A stretch of 64,000 nt of DNA from assembly GCA_965153455.1 (NCBI GenBank), contig OZ234493.1, forward strand, positions 13,258,213 to 13,322,212. The letters are read 5' to 3'. The position numbers and the translations under genes are program-made. Source of the stretch: Sphagnum compactum (taxonomy: Eukaryota). How positions within the stretch are numbered: position 1 is the stretch's first letter; every line of letters begins with the position of its first letter. Below are positions 10,760 to 24,779 of this stretch, piece by piece. A model generated the notes under the pieces. That model did not search any database. It saw only the letters and a program-made list of their open reading frames with translations, and was not told where the DNA came from.

Positions 10760-13700
10760 CATATGAATCACAAAGGTTTAGATGTACATGGTCAATTAGT
10801 TGTTAATGAAATTCACATTATTAAGGCAATTTTCGTTCTCAACATAATTAATAACTAGGCCACCATGGTAATTTTTGCCAACTTCAAATATCCCAATAGC
10901 TTGTGTGTAATCATTTGCAAAGAGGTCAAAGATCTCCAAAGTTGGATCATAATATTCATAGTGTAAGGAGGACCCGTGATTGATGCAACATTGTTTTTCA
11001 TTGTTAATTTGAAAAACAATCTACTTAAAATTCAAAAACATGAAAATAGGACTTTTGGTATCAAGGTTTAATCAAACCCAATCTTCTTGGGGTAGTAATA
11101 TTGGGCCTTGATCATTACAATGTGCCCCAATGTTGAGGCAAAACCACTCCTAATGTTTCCATAACACCATGTGAAGGAAAGTGAAACCACAACTTTGAAA
11201 AAAATAATTCAACAACATTTTCCACCCAATTTTTCACAATTTCCACAACCTAAGTGTGCACATCTTTGGTCACAAAACTCACAACCCCTATTAGGCAGTG
11301 AAGATGTTTTGCCCAAATGTGTTTTCTATTTCAAACAAAGGTTAAATGTTTAATGCCTATGTTTAAGTCTAATATCCACCACATGATGAAAAGGTCATGG
11401 GAAGAATCCACCAAAGACTTGAAGGAATAAAACACATCGAACTTGAAAATAATGTTATGGTCCACAAAATGTGGAAACAAATCTATTTGACGAATTTTAA
11501 TTTTTGCCACATAGTTAAAACAAAGGCATCCCGAACTTGGGATAGTTTCATTAAGTTGTTCACTTCCTCCAACAGTGCCAACAAAACTATTAACCAATAT
11601 AGAACCTCAATATCACATAGGAATTCAAACTTCACCTTGGTAAAATTGTTGCAAACAAAATCCAAATCTATTTTGACCATTAGAATGCAATATTCATTCA
11701 TTACCCTATTTGTAAGTTCTAAAATAGAAATCCACCTTATTTTGACATTCTTCAATAGCTTATTACTTTGAGTTTCCATGATTTTGATAAACTTGTTGAA
11801 TTTCAATTATTTTTAGGGTTTTTGTTGAAGTAGGCAAATAGGGTTTGGAATAAGTTTTTCAACTTACAAACAATGTTCAATTTAGACAAAGCTTGATGGC
11901 TAGATTAGTTCAATGGGTCATGCAATGGATGCCTTACATGTGAGGATCATAATCTAATTGAATTAACCATGTAATTCTAGTCCTAGCACCCTAAAAAAAA
12001 CTCACATCATCAACTCCAAAACAAATGAATTTTAAAGGACAATGATTCATTTTTCAAACTGTTGGAAGTCATTATAATAACATGCATCCCTGTATGCTAA
12101 GTTATTTCATTAGATTTTGAATGAATTCATTGGTCCTTTGAATGGGGATGAGTGAATCGCACCCACATTTTGTAGCAGTGAATCAATAATGCTTGAGTTA
12201 TGATTTTAATTAAAATTTTAAAATTAACCCTTTCAATCACCCTTTCAAAGGAGACCAAATTATATTCCAAAACAAATCATCGATGACATGTATGCAAGGA
12301 CAACCAACTTTAATTATTTACATTTGTAACTTCATTATAAGATATGAAGATGTAATTTGTTCATACACAACTTCTGCAATGGTTACCCAGACAAAGTCAT
12401 GCATTATTTTAGCCATGGATCAATAAATATTGTTGAACCAATGCTTTTGTGATAATTTTTCATTTGAAATAACTACAACAGACCTTTCGTGCTTTCATAT
12501 TCAAGCATGGGATTTCCTTTTCAAAGTAGGTAAAAACTTGTGACAAATTAAATGATTTTTTTCAAGCCTTCATGTGCCACATAACCCTATCTAACACATT
12601 TTCCCCACTTGTGAAAACATAAAACACGTCATTTTTAACATGTTGATAATCCTAAGCATAGTAGAATGTACCTTTAGGAAAATCGAACATGGGGTGGATA
12701 TAATATAATGCCAAAGGAATATTTCAATTTGCAATCTAGGATTCTTTTTAAAATTCTTTGTTACATCACAACATTGACCTTTCACTTATCTCATGGATGC
12801 CATAAAAACATCTATGCACATTAGTTGGTTAACCATAACAATTGTATTGAAAATGTGAACTTGATAATTGTGACTGACCATTTGAAAATCAATATTTTCT
12901 AAACCAATGTTGAGATATTGGGTGATCATGGTTGAAATGTTTTTCACAACTTCAAAAAAGATTTGTAAATGTTCACTTTAATATTTAATCATAGGATTAA
13001 TGTACTAAATAAGTCCACTTGAGAGACTTTCATAACAACCATAAATCTAAAATGAAGACATCTCTTTCTTGTGAAAATTTCATCAAGGCATTTATGCATT
13101 CTAATAATGGCAATAAGTAATACAAGGCTAATAATGTGTGAATATCACAAAGGAAATCAATCTTTAATCTTGTTTGATCAATTGAAGGGTTATCTTGTGA
13201 CATTTTGACAATTAATGTCTTGTGTTCAACCAAGACACAATTCAAAAACTTGATACCCATCACGTTTTGTCATTTTTCAAAATCTTAGTCCTTATGTTTC
13301 CACAATTTCATCAAGTTTAGTAAATTTTAAATGTCGTTTGGGGGAAAATGTGTTTCCTTCAATTATGCTATCACCCAAATGCAACAAACTTGAAAAAAAA
13401 AAGTTTCATTTACACCAAAGCAAAGGATTCAGTAATCACAAAGGTGAGATCATTTGCATTTCCACCCCCAACAATACACTACAATGTGAAAAAAAATGAT
13501 TAGTTATTAGTAGTAGTAATTTCATCTACATTCAAAGAGAAAATTTGCCCAAGCCCTAGACTTTGAATTAACTTTAGCATTTGCTCACACATAAGATCTA
13601 TCATTTCGCAACCAACTCCATCAAACCAATGTTTTCTGAAATAATTAGGAACATTCAACTACACAAACAAATTCTACATTGAAGTGTATCATGTCATGGG

Positions 13701-14050
13701 GTGGCCATGACTAATTAGCAAAAGAAAAATAAGAACAAATTGAACATTTTTTTTTTTCTTTTCAACAATTCCACCATGAACAACCAACTACAACACTATT
13801 TTAACACAAGTAGTAAAATATAGTTTATCATTAGCAACATGAACATTGGAATTCAAGAAATAATGCTCCCCATTTTTTCCCCCTAGCATTGCTACCAAAG
13901 CCTTGTGATAACCTGCATGCTTCCATAAATAATCCAATTTGAGAACTAATAACTTTTCATTACCTTGAATTTGGGTGCACAACTTGCACCAAACTTGAGC
14001 AACTTTGTAACTAAAACCCACCACAAACCTTGCCCAAACAAGTTTCATTA
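10760..14050 (-). pseudogene. Two adjacent decayed hAT-like (ZNF862-type) transposase copies
   Basis: ORF 13788-14048 (VWCKLC...KLDYLWKHAG). ORFs 13030-13263 and 11483-11806 are paralogous: LCDI..L.....LLE..N.LMK.SQ.RD.F. Heavily mutated. Confidence 0.65.
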
Positions 14051-14819
14051 CTTGTGTATCTTAAAAAATAAATAAAATAAAATAAAATATATATACATAT
14101 AATTTTATTTATTTATTGACTCATAGGTGAATTATGAATTGACCTACTTCCTCTCATTGTATGAACATAAATCAATGGCCACCAAAGCTTGCAAAATGTC
14201 AAGTGTCAAGATTAAATTTGCAAATGGAGTCTAGACTTTGAACTTTGGGAGTTGGACTCATCAAGATATCAATGGTCATCCATCTTACAACTTGTAAGAT
14301 TAGAACGCCAAAGTTTGAAGCTGAAATTCCAACTTCCTTTAAGTTTCATTTCCACCTTTGTGCAACATCAACCTTCATAGATTAGAGTTCAAAGGCTATT
14401 TGAACCCCCATAAGAATTTAAAGCACTTGCCAATGCCATTAGTAAACCTTAAAATGTTGTTGCTAAGATCTTTCTAATCCTCTAGTGATAACAAAATCAT
14501 GAGAAAAATTTCAAGGACATTATTGCTTGCAACACACTGCATGATTTGGTGGGGGTGGTGAACACCACAAGAGTCTACTAAGAAGAGAGATGATGGAGGA
14601 GGCCTTTTGGTGAAAATTTGCATGTAGAAAAACATCACTAGGCTTGCCCTAATAGGCCCGCCTTGCAGATTACGTGACAGAATGGGCAGGGGCGTAAACA
14701 TTCCATAGTCTAGAATCCATTTTCTGTATTTTCATTCTATATAAAGAAATGGCAGATTGGCCCCTAGGGTAATAATATTTTCACACCTATTAAAGGTTTT
14801 AATAAAAAAGAAAAAAAAA

Positions 14820-15020
14820 AAGGCCCACAATTTCCCTTCCCTTTGCTAAAAGCCCTAATTTCTACTTATTTAAAAATATTAAAAAAAAAAAGAGATTCGA
14901 GAACATCCGATGGGTGGGAGTCCAAGTTAAACCCCTCTCTTAGAAGATCATAGCCGTCCATATTGGAGCCCGTAAGATCTTGAGACTACCTTTGCCCTAG
15001 ATGATCTGAGCCGTCCAATG
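14820..15020 (+). promoter_or_regulatory. Putative proximal promoter of the TAF15-like gene
   Basis: GGCCCA (site II-like) at 14822, telo-box-like AAGCCCTAAT near 14850, two AGCCGTCCA motifs near 14952 and 15009, followed by a CT-rich 5' region. Confidence 0.4.
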
Positions 15021-16099
15021 GAGTCGTCCGTAACTGGTCCCCCTCAAAAAAGGCAAGCTACCTACTTTAGTGTGAATAGAACTCTCAACTAACTTGGAAT
15101 TCTGGTCTCTCTTTTTCCATGCGACCAGATCTCTACCGTAGAATTGATTTAGAAATCAGATCTGAATCGTTGAGATGGAAAAGAGATAATAGATCCGTAA
15201 AAGAATGCTCGTGTCCGTCTCTCTTCTGTCTCCTTGCCCTCCACCCCGCGCTCTTGAGGCCGCGCGGCGAACGCGTTTCTGAGCCTTTTGTCTGAGGCGA
15301 GGAGAGGATCTTGAGCGAGAGTTTTCGTGAGATTGTCGATCGTCTCTTCTGAGCTTTTCTACTTATGTCATCGCATAGCTCTTGACTGTAATAGTTTGCA
15401 GCTTTTCGAATCATCAATTTTGGTTGTTTCCTCGCCGAGAACGAGTCTGTGGAAGAGCAAGTGTGGTTGTGGTGTCCAAAACTGACGTCGCACGCCGTTA
15501 TCCGCAGCATCTCATCCCGTGTTCTAAGCCACAGAACGTTTTCTCATATGTATATATAAATTTTCGGAGCGTGCTTTGTTTTTGAGCAATCGGCGTCGGT
15601 GTACAGGAACTCCTTTCTTTGCCGGAATTTCCCTGGACTTCTGATGCCAAGAAGAAGACGCTCTCCTCCTCAGGTTTGCTGAAATTCGCTTTCAGAGAAG
15701 TTCAGTGATTCCGATTTTGGTGAGATACAAGGATCTAGATATCATTACCTTGTTGCACTTTCCTAGCCCTAGTTTTGACCAGGTTGTGTTTGTTTGAAGC
15801 TACTACATGGTTGCTGTTTGGTGAAGAGTACCTATGCATTGCAGTGGCTTGTTCCTGAAAAGGAAAGAGATCTGGAAAAAAAAGAGCAAGTATAGTGATC
15901 TTCACTGTAGGTAGTTAGAAGGAAGGAAGTAAGGAAGGAAGAATGGTTCAAAAAGCTTGAGGAGGTGAGAGAAACTCTGTGTTTTGCAACTGGAAGTCGG
16001 AGTATTCGGGATTGAGTCATCTGAAGGGTAAGAGTCTCTCAAGGTTAAAGAGAAACACTCGTGAGGAAAAAGGAAGTTTTGGTTGGACGAGTCATCGCC

Positions 16100-19000
16100 A
16101 TGACAGAGCGAGACACGCACTTTGCCGTGCCGGCACACCACAGAGACTTCCAGCCTCAACCCCATCACAGCCGCAACCGGGATCCCGGTTTCGAGAGGGT
16201 AATCCGCGACCGGGAGGCATACTACGAGCGAGACAACAGGGAGAAAGAAAGAGAGAACAGGGACAGATCAGAGAGGCTAGATCGCGACAAGGAGCGAGAG
16301 AGGGAGAAGGACAATAATAATAAAGATCGGGCCAGGGATCGTGACAAGGAAAGAGAAAGGGACAGAGAAAGAGAAAGGGAACAACAACTATACGGCAGCG
16401 ATCATCGCAACAACAACAACGGGGGCCATGGGCATGTAGGAGGAGGGCCTAGTCGTGAAACTGGGCCTCCTCTTCCTTCTTACCGCAGCAGAGGAGAGGA
16501 AGGTTTTGATCAGGAAGGTGGTGGCCGGGAGGCCGGCAACTCTCGCTATGATCGTGAGGACAGATACGTCACTGCAGGTTTGCGTTTTGTTCTATTTCAG
16601 AAAGGATTGAATTAGTAACCATTTTCACTACTGTGGATAAAACCCTTCCTACCTACTTCTGTGTAGCCCTCTGGTTAATCCTTTCATTGCATGGTGGAGC
16701 TTGACATCATGGGACTAGTCTTTGCAGAAGCAAAACCATGGTCTGAGAAGGTCCTCTGCCAGAGAAGAAGATCAAAGACATGTTTCTCATAGTTCTGTCT
16801 TCAGCATAGACATGCCCCCCACCCATCTCTGAGATTTCAACCTACCCTCATTATCATCCCTGTTTTCTCACGTTTGGACTTGGTGATCTGAGATGGATAG
16901 GGTAGCCAATTGTGGTCCCTGCCTTGCCATGAACCCTTGTCTTTTGCAGATGGTAAGAGCCTGCATCAACTTCTCATGACCTCCAGAGATCATGAGAATC
17001 ATTTTCCCTTCACACTCTTGTGGGACTACCTAGTGCGGTGGCATTTCCAAGACATGCTGTAACAGGAGAACCAAAATTCAGTGTAGGTACTTAATTGTGG
17101 TCCTCTGCACTGTATTGAGCTGAGGGAATGCTTGTAGTTGGGGTAAGGGGGTGACAGTGGACCAAAGACAGGCTGTAATGGGAGAACCAATATTCAGCTT
17201 AGGTATTTTGTTGTGGTCTTCTGCACTGTGTATTGAGCTGAGGGAATGCTTGTTGTGGGGGTAAGGGGGTGACCGTGGACGAAGACAAGCTGTAACAACA
17301 GCATGGAAATTCAGTGTGGGGTATTTGAAAGTGGTCGTTTGCATTTGTGTAGATCTGGGGGAATACTTGTAGTGTGAGTAAGGGGTGACCACGACAAGCT
17401 GTAAGGGCACCATGGAATCTCAACCTGGGTATTTGGTCTTGGTCTTCTGCACTGTGTAGAGGGCTGAGAAATTATTGGTTTGTGGCTCACTTTCTATGCT
17501 TGTGAGGCCAGTATCACAAACTACCAACATCAAGTCTTGGGGAAATGGAGCATAGAATTTGTACCTGTATTGCTGATCGTGGTCCTTTTGCTCAAATAGG
17601 ATTTCCCAATGTTTTGCTTGAATATGTAGTTCATTTTTGTGCCTAGAGAAGCAAGCTGTAGGCCAACTGGATTCCCATCAATGGGTCTGGATGGTGGGGA
17701 GAGGGACAGGGAAGGGGAAAGGCATTTAGCTGACCAGCAGTGTTGGCTCATCTGGTCCTGACAACTACTCTATTCTCCTGCCATCCCTAGTCCTGAACAG
17801 TTTGCATCACTGGCAGGGTTTGTCATTTTTTACAGGATGGAAAGGGGTTTGGTACTGAATAACCGGGTTGACTGGATTATGGGGATGAGACTGCTCTATT
17901 TTGAACTTCAGAATGGGCTTGGCTTTAGTAGTTCAGGGGTTGCTGGTAAGGAGGATGGGGGCTAAAGGTAAGAGGATGGTAGATGGCTCAACAACCTCTG
18001 GAATGCCCAAGCTGACAAATATATGAGATGGCTATAAGGTTCATTCATAATGGACACAGTCTCAGTCATTTTATGGGGTTCTGTTTCAACAATGGAATTG
18101 ATGTGGATGGTCCTTGAACAACAGAGTGTCTTGAGGTTCCAAGGATCACAATGGTAGGTTATGATATGAAGCTACTGGCAGCAAGCTCTACATTTAACCT
18201 TCGGTAGAACATAACTGGTCTGATCCAACTTCTTATAGAGATCATGCCTTTCCTGCTGAAGCTGAGCAGATGTTTACTTTGGGTTATATCTAAAATCATG
18301 GTTACAGAGATTAGCATCGACAGTTTCAATTAGCTGCTCATGAACATTTCAAGGCATGGCATTGTTACTGGTTGCTCCTCTCCTGTCTTGGAGCTCTGGG
18401 ATACCTCAAGACCTTGTGTACTTTTACATTACCCTTTTCTTGGTGGCATGGTATTGAAGTCCAGCTTTTCAAGCAGTATCTCACTGGGCATGTGAATTTT
18501 GACCAGTATGTCCTCCAGTCAAACATTCATGGCCAGACAATGGACATGATCAGCCAAGCAGGGGTGACAAATGCAATATGGCTGTGCAGGGGCAAATGGG
18601 GGCCTTGTAGCAGATACTATATTCATATCAAACCTTCCAGAGAATGTTACAGAAGAAAGCCTTGCTGGTCTCCTGAGTGACACTGGTGCCATTAAGGTTA
18701 GATCAGCTCTTAATGTCTTGGTTGTCTTGGAAGGAAATGATGGATGTTAAAGTTACAAGGAGGTTTCAGATATGGATGCATTTGCTGCAGTTTGTATATC
18801 TGCACATTGGACAATGTTGTGTTGATGCTGAATGTCTCTGGAAAGTAGATGGAATCACCTTGAAGGCTCAGAGTTATCTCTTGAAAATACATGGCAGGTG
18901 GACAGAAAATCAGGTGCACCCATGGTGAAGCTTTTTAGAGAAAAAGAGACAGGAGTACAGGAGGCAGAAGTAGTTCTGGACGATCCTCGATCTGCAACAG

Positions 19001-22000
19001 GCATTGTCAATTGGTTTAATGGTAGGTTCATGATTCAAGCTGCACATTTTGTTCCATTTGGTGGCTAAAAGTCCACACTCACATCCTTGCATGTCACTCT
19101 GGTTGGATCCTCAGAGATCCAACTCTGGTTGCATGTCACTCTTGGGAGAATTACACTTGCATGTCACTCTGGTTGGATCCTCAAGATGCTACTGAGATTC
19201 TAAGTTGGGAGCTTACAAATTGCTGTTGAGGCTTTGACCTTCACTCTGTGATACTAGTCTGTTGTCTCGATTTAGGCTTCCAGATATGTGACATAAACTC
19301 AGGACACAGATCTTTGTATAATTGTGTGCCAAAGTTCTAGCAGATTATTATATACTTATCTACAGCCACTGGCAAGAGTTGGTGAAGTCAATGGGGAGTA
19401 CTGGCAGCTATTCACTACCAAACATGATGAAGGTGATGGTCTGGTACTTCATGAGCGATGCTGATAATGTTCTGACTGCACTGATTGTTGTTGTGTTTGT
19501 TCTGGTTTTGCTGGAACTGACACAATAGTTACCTTCAAAGTGTTATTTGGAGTGGTCTCTGTAATTTCAGATATATGTCAGAATGCTTTGGCATATGTTA
19601 GCATTTCTGAAGCCTGAAGAGAATCCTCAACCAGATTTTTTGATTCTAGTTCTTCCAATACTTTTGAATGGGATCTTATGTCTCATGAGCATCAGAGAAC
19701 TCAGTTGATTTGTTGTTTGTTGAGTTGTTGGAGATATTATGGATTGAAATGGGAGAAGCTTCAAACTTACTGTGACTCTGGTAGAACAAATTGGTGTTTC
19801 CTTAATGCTTTCATCCTAGAGCTATACCTAGATGGTAAGTTACATAGTAGAAAGATGCCCTGAGTTCATAAAGCTACTCCTATGTTGTGGAGAAACAATC
19901 TAACTCTTCTATTCTGCATCCTAGAATTTAGATCCTTTCAAAGGTTTCTCATTTGTAACTGGGGACCTTTTCTAAGCCCATGTTATCCTCTGAAGTTCTT
20001 ATCTCAAAGTCCTCCTTTCTTCTGTCTGTTTTCTTTCCTTTTCTATTCTTTGACAGGTTATTTCTTTAGAGGCCTTTTTCCCTTTGTATGTTCATCTTTT
20101 TCTTGGAATCTTTTGGTTTCTTTTTCTCATGCTAGGTTGCATCATGCCTGAGTTTTCTTGTTGCTGCTGGTCTTGTGTGGACAAAAGCTCAGTATGTTGG
20201 TTGATGTTTGACAATTAACCTCCACCAATTGCCAGGAACTGATGAAGGTGGTAGGGATGTTATGGTAGATGGTCAATGTGATACATGTTGCTGTTGAAGG
20301 TCTCTCAACACACATATGACCATTGCTGTTGTTCAAATTAATTCTGTCTTCTGGTCTGCATTTTAGTTTTCTTTAGGGTGAGCCTTCCTCATTTTCATGG
20401 TTGCTGATGGTTCTTGGTGTTTTGGTCAGATCCAAAAGATCCATTACCTCATTATTGGGTCATCCCTCAATTTATTTCAGGTTGACTTTAATTGTATCTC
20501 AGCTATCCTGGACATTCTTTCAAGGCTAAGATCTGCTCTTTTCTAGATATGCTAAGTTTAAAATATATGTTTTGAGCAGTTTGTCTCTTTCAAGAAACTA
20601 TTGAAACAGTGAGGATGTTATGATACACTGGTTTGAAGGTCAGTGAAAAATGTGTATGACTGTCACTACTGCTGAAACATCTCCTCAGTTCGCAGTCTTT
20701 TCTGTGCTTTTTCAGGTTGAGTCTCCTTATTTTCCTGCTTGCTGAATGTTGTTGGGATCTCTACACCCTTCTTTATCAGTTCATGAATTCAATCATAGGT
20801 ATGGAGGAGTTCTCAATATTTCTGAAGATGTATGTTTGTTGTGTGCGTTACAGGCTATGACTTTAAAGGAAGTAAGATCCGGGTCACACTTGGCCATGTT
20901 CCACGAGGCTCCAGCCCAAATCGTCATGAAAGAAGGGGGGATCAATACACATTTGATTATGATAGGGGTGCTTCACCTCATGGGGGCTATAGGGGTGGAA
21001 GAGGCCGAGGAAGATATCCAGACCGACCTATTCCGGCCTCAGGGCCTCCAGGAGTAGGTCGGGGATTGCCACCATTTGGAAGAGGTTTTAGTCCAAGTTT
21101 TCGAGGACCTGAAGAATTTCCACCAGGTGGAGAAAGCTTTGGACGCAACAACCCGAATGTTACACCAAGAGAAGGGGACTGGATATGCTCAGAGCCAACG
21201 TAAGTCAGTCCAGAACACTATGCCTTTCTCTGAGTTCTTAAATACACCTGGGTTTTCAGCCTTCCTACTGTGTAATATACTAGCTTCAGCATACAGTGCA
21301 TGACATGTAATGTTCACCAAGACATAGGGTTCTCCCTGTGCAGATGATGTATCCCACACATCATGTTTTGTTGCCTTGGTGGTCTAACATCTCTGTTGTA
21401 TGTAGGTGTGGCAATCTTAATTTTGCAAGAAGAACTCATTGCAACAACTGCAATAAGCCACGCAGGGAAATGGGAGAAATGGGAGTGGGAGTTAGAAGTG
21501 GGCACCAAGGTAGCTTTCGAGGGGCACCACCTCATCACACCCCCTTCATGGGGGGAGGTCCACCACTGGGTGGGCGTGGGCTAGGCAGAGGGTTAAGTGG
21601 ATTTGGTGGACCACCAGGGGTTTGGGGCAGCAGGGGTGGCCCCCATGAGTTTGACCATGGGCCACCACCTCAGATGTCAGATTTCCATCCAGGGAGAGAA
21701 ATGAGGGATCATGATGATTATCATGAACGGGATGATTTCCGGGACAGAGATCGGTTTGAGGGCAGAGCTCCATTTGAGAGGGGAGGTCCTTTAGATAGGG
21801 GAATGATGGACCGTGGCTTCTTTGCACACAAGGACAGAGAGAGGGAGGATCATTATAGGGATAGGAGGGGTTTGGATCATGTTGATCCAAGAGGTGGTGA
21901 TCGGCGGCCACTCACTCCTCCCTTGCGATCACGATGGGCAAGAGATGGGAGGGAGCGAAGTCGTTCACCCATGCACAATTTGCCCAGGGAGTATCTGAAT

Positions 22001-22057
22001 CGGCACAGAGATGATTGGCGGGATGAAAGAAGAGACCGGAGGGAGGATCTCTATTAG
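16100..22057 (+). CDS. TAF15/TET-family-like RNA-binding protein (RD/RE-rich N-terminus, RRM, RGG, RanBP2-type zinc finger)
   Basis: Exons 16100-16577, 18590-18696, 18898-19021, 20854-21199 and 21406-22057 join in frame at GT-AG sites. RRM: TIFISNLPENVTEESLA...VDRKSGAPMVKLFREKETG...VNWFNGYDFKG. Zinc finger: [30 protein letters not shown]. Confidence 0.85.
17056..17458. repeat. Intronic minisatellite, about 110-117-bp unit x3.5
   Basis: GCTGTAA recurs at about 17056, 17172, 17289 and 17398 with shared TAAGGGG(G)TGAC cores. Confidence 0.8.
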
Positions 22058-24779
22058 GTTGGTGCTCCTTCCAATTTGCATGTTTTAAGTTACTGATCAT
22101 GGTGTTAATGAATGTGTTTCCATCTGCATCCCATCCCTATAGAAGTTTCTTGCCATCGTATATCAGATTAAACAACTTGATTGAGGAATGGCAAATGTGC
22201 TCTGTGAGTAGGGTTGGGTTACAGGGGAGCATAAATAGTGCATTTACTGTTATAATGTGTAGGAGCAATGTAATTAGTGTGGGTGGTAGGTTAGAATCTG
22301 CATCTTTAGCACTGGTGCTGATTTGCATATCTGGTGGTGGAAAAGCACATTGTGAACCTTATATGTTTGAGAGCAAATCTCCTTTGTGTTTGGAATCAAT
22401 CTGACAGTTCAATCTACCATTGAGCATTTCCCTGGTATTCTATGTCACCTTAATTTCCCTCTTGTGACCCCAATGAGTAGTTCCATTCATAATGGAAGCA
22501 CTAGATATTTCGTCTGTCAATCTACTAATTTAGAGGAATAGCATGATGAGAACAGCAAGAAGCCTCACCAAATGGGGGTGCATGAGACCTTATTTGTAGG
22601 CATTTGTGATGGCAGTTCACAAACAATGTTGCAACGTGTAGAAATGTGATTTATGTGCTATTTTTGCTCTTGGGACTTACCTAGGCAAACATCAATTATA
22701 CTGTTGGTTTGTTTTGCGTTTTTCTTACAGATTGACTTTTGACATTCTGTTGATGACTGATTTTGCTTTCGACCTTATGAGTTTTAGGGCTCGACGGAGG
22801 CATGTATTCATTTCCATGTTTGTAACTGGATTTGGTATCCACATAAAATTGTTAAAAGTTATTTTCCTTAGCAGGACAGATGTTCCATCTGCTAGTTCCA
22901 CTTGCGGATGTAAAATCAACAGTGGGAATCATCAATTGCAATCTCCACAGAGTACAACCTGGTCCATGTGATGTGAATTGATGGTAGGAAACACTGATTA
23001 CAATGTCTGCCAATCACAAACTGGAACAGATAAGATGATCCGACAGTGGGTTACACTACTAAAAATTTAGAACAAGTTTTAGAGCTTCATGCAGTCTTTC
23101 ATATCCATGTCCATATCTGGGTTTTGGTTTCTTATTATACAGGTAATAATTGCTTCTAGGTTTGTTCTTGAGGATGACAGGTAGTTATCTGACAGTGGTT
23201 ATGCCAGGTCCACTCGGAATGCGAATCAACAGTGGGGAACACTAGTGTCTACAATCTGGAACAGCTTCTGATAGCGCCTGTTACCTACCCTCGAGACAAA
23301 ATCTCACCCTCCCTGGTGACTTTGATGTGTTCCAAGGCTCCTGGGTAGAATGGGCCTTTCTTTACCTGTGTCTACCATCTGGAACAGGCCCTGGTAAAAT
23401 CCATTACCACCTGACAGACAGAATCTCATGTTCCCAGGTGACTTTGATGCAATTCCAGGTGAATGGACTCCCAAGTGCAATGCACCTGTCCATACAATTT
23501 CAGGAACTTCATGTCATTCTTTTGGAGCTTTCGTACAACCCTAGGCAAATGTGATTGTTAGAACACCCCCTGGCCCCCCACTACCAAAAAAATCCAGATT
23601 GATCCAAATTGGTTTTCATTCTCAGAACAAAAGTTATATCCAAATAGGGAATGATTCTCACAAAAAAACTTCCAGCTAAGTTTTTCAGTAGTGATGAAAC
23701 CTCTGTGGCTCAGAAGAAAGAAACCTCCAAGTCAGGGTATGGACTATGAACCTGGTTCAAGAAGTTTAAAAAACTTCTGGTTACAACTCTGACTCAGTTC
23801 TTTCATCTTTAGTGTGTAAGAACCTGGTGTTTGGGCAAAACACAGGACACAGTGTGAAACTCTGTACAAACTCTGTACAAAGGAAAAAATATCTGGGGTG
23901 AAACTCAGAAATGCACCGATTCCAAGCTCCACCCTGCATTTCTGTGTTGTGTGAACAGTCACCAATCCAGAAACCAAAAAAGTGCATGGTAGCCACCCAT
24001 GTCCAAATTCCAAAATAGTCAATTTGCCCCCAGTTTAAATCTGACCCCTGTTTCAAGTTTTGCCTCTAATTTGTCTAATGGATAAACAGCTATTAGGTAT
24101 GAGACTAGGGACAAGGGAGTGGATAGGGGGTAAAACTAGGACTGAGTTTACAGATGTCTTGACTGCCTGAGATCAAAGATACTGTAGGTACCGACACTGC
24201 ACCAACCACTTGAAATGGCCATCTGACCCAAAAATTCAACCAACCTTGCCTAATAGCACCTGGAACCATTGTTAAAATAGAGGACTACATCAGGTTTCAC
24301 AGTACCACGCCAGTTCCTGTACTCTGGACCTCCTGGTTCCCAATTTCGAAAACCAGAACTGTCAGTTTAAACAGGTCAAGTCAGGGATCTGGACAACAGC
24401 CAATTTGAACCAACCTCGTTGCTTACTTCTGACTCCCTCAGCTTCATGTCAGACAATAATCAGACAAGGAGCCAGACAATCTTCAGAAAAGATGCAGGGA
24501 AGAACTTGAAAATTCGACATAAGCCCAGAACACCCCAAGACAAAGAGAATCTCACTTAGCTTAAATTACAGAAAACTGAGCACTGAGCTGGTTGCAAACG
24601 ATTGCTCAATGACAGCTATTAGATAGCAGCAAAGTGGATGAGGAAACCGCATTTGTTTCCATCACATCCCTCCAGAGTACAAGCCATGCAAATTTAGATT
24701 GACCTCTACAATTCCACTCAAGCAGGGACAGATTATATAGAACATGCAAAACCTTACTTGTGAATCTGTATTGGAAGTC

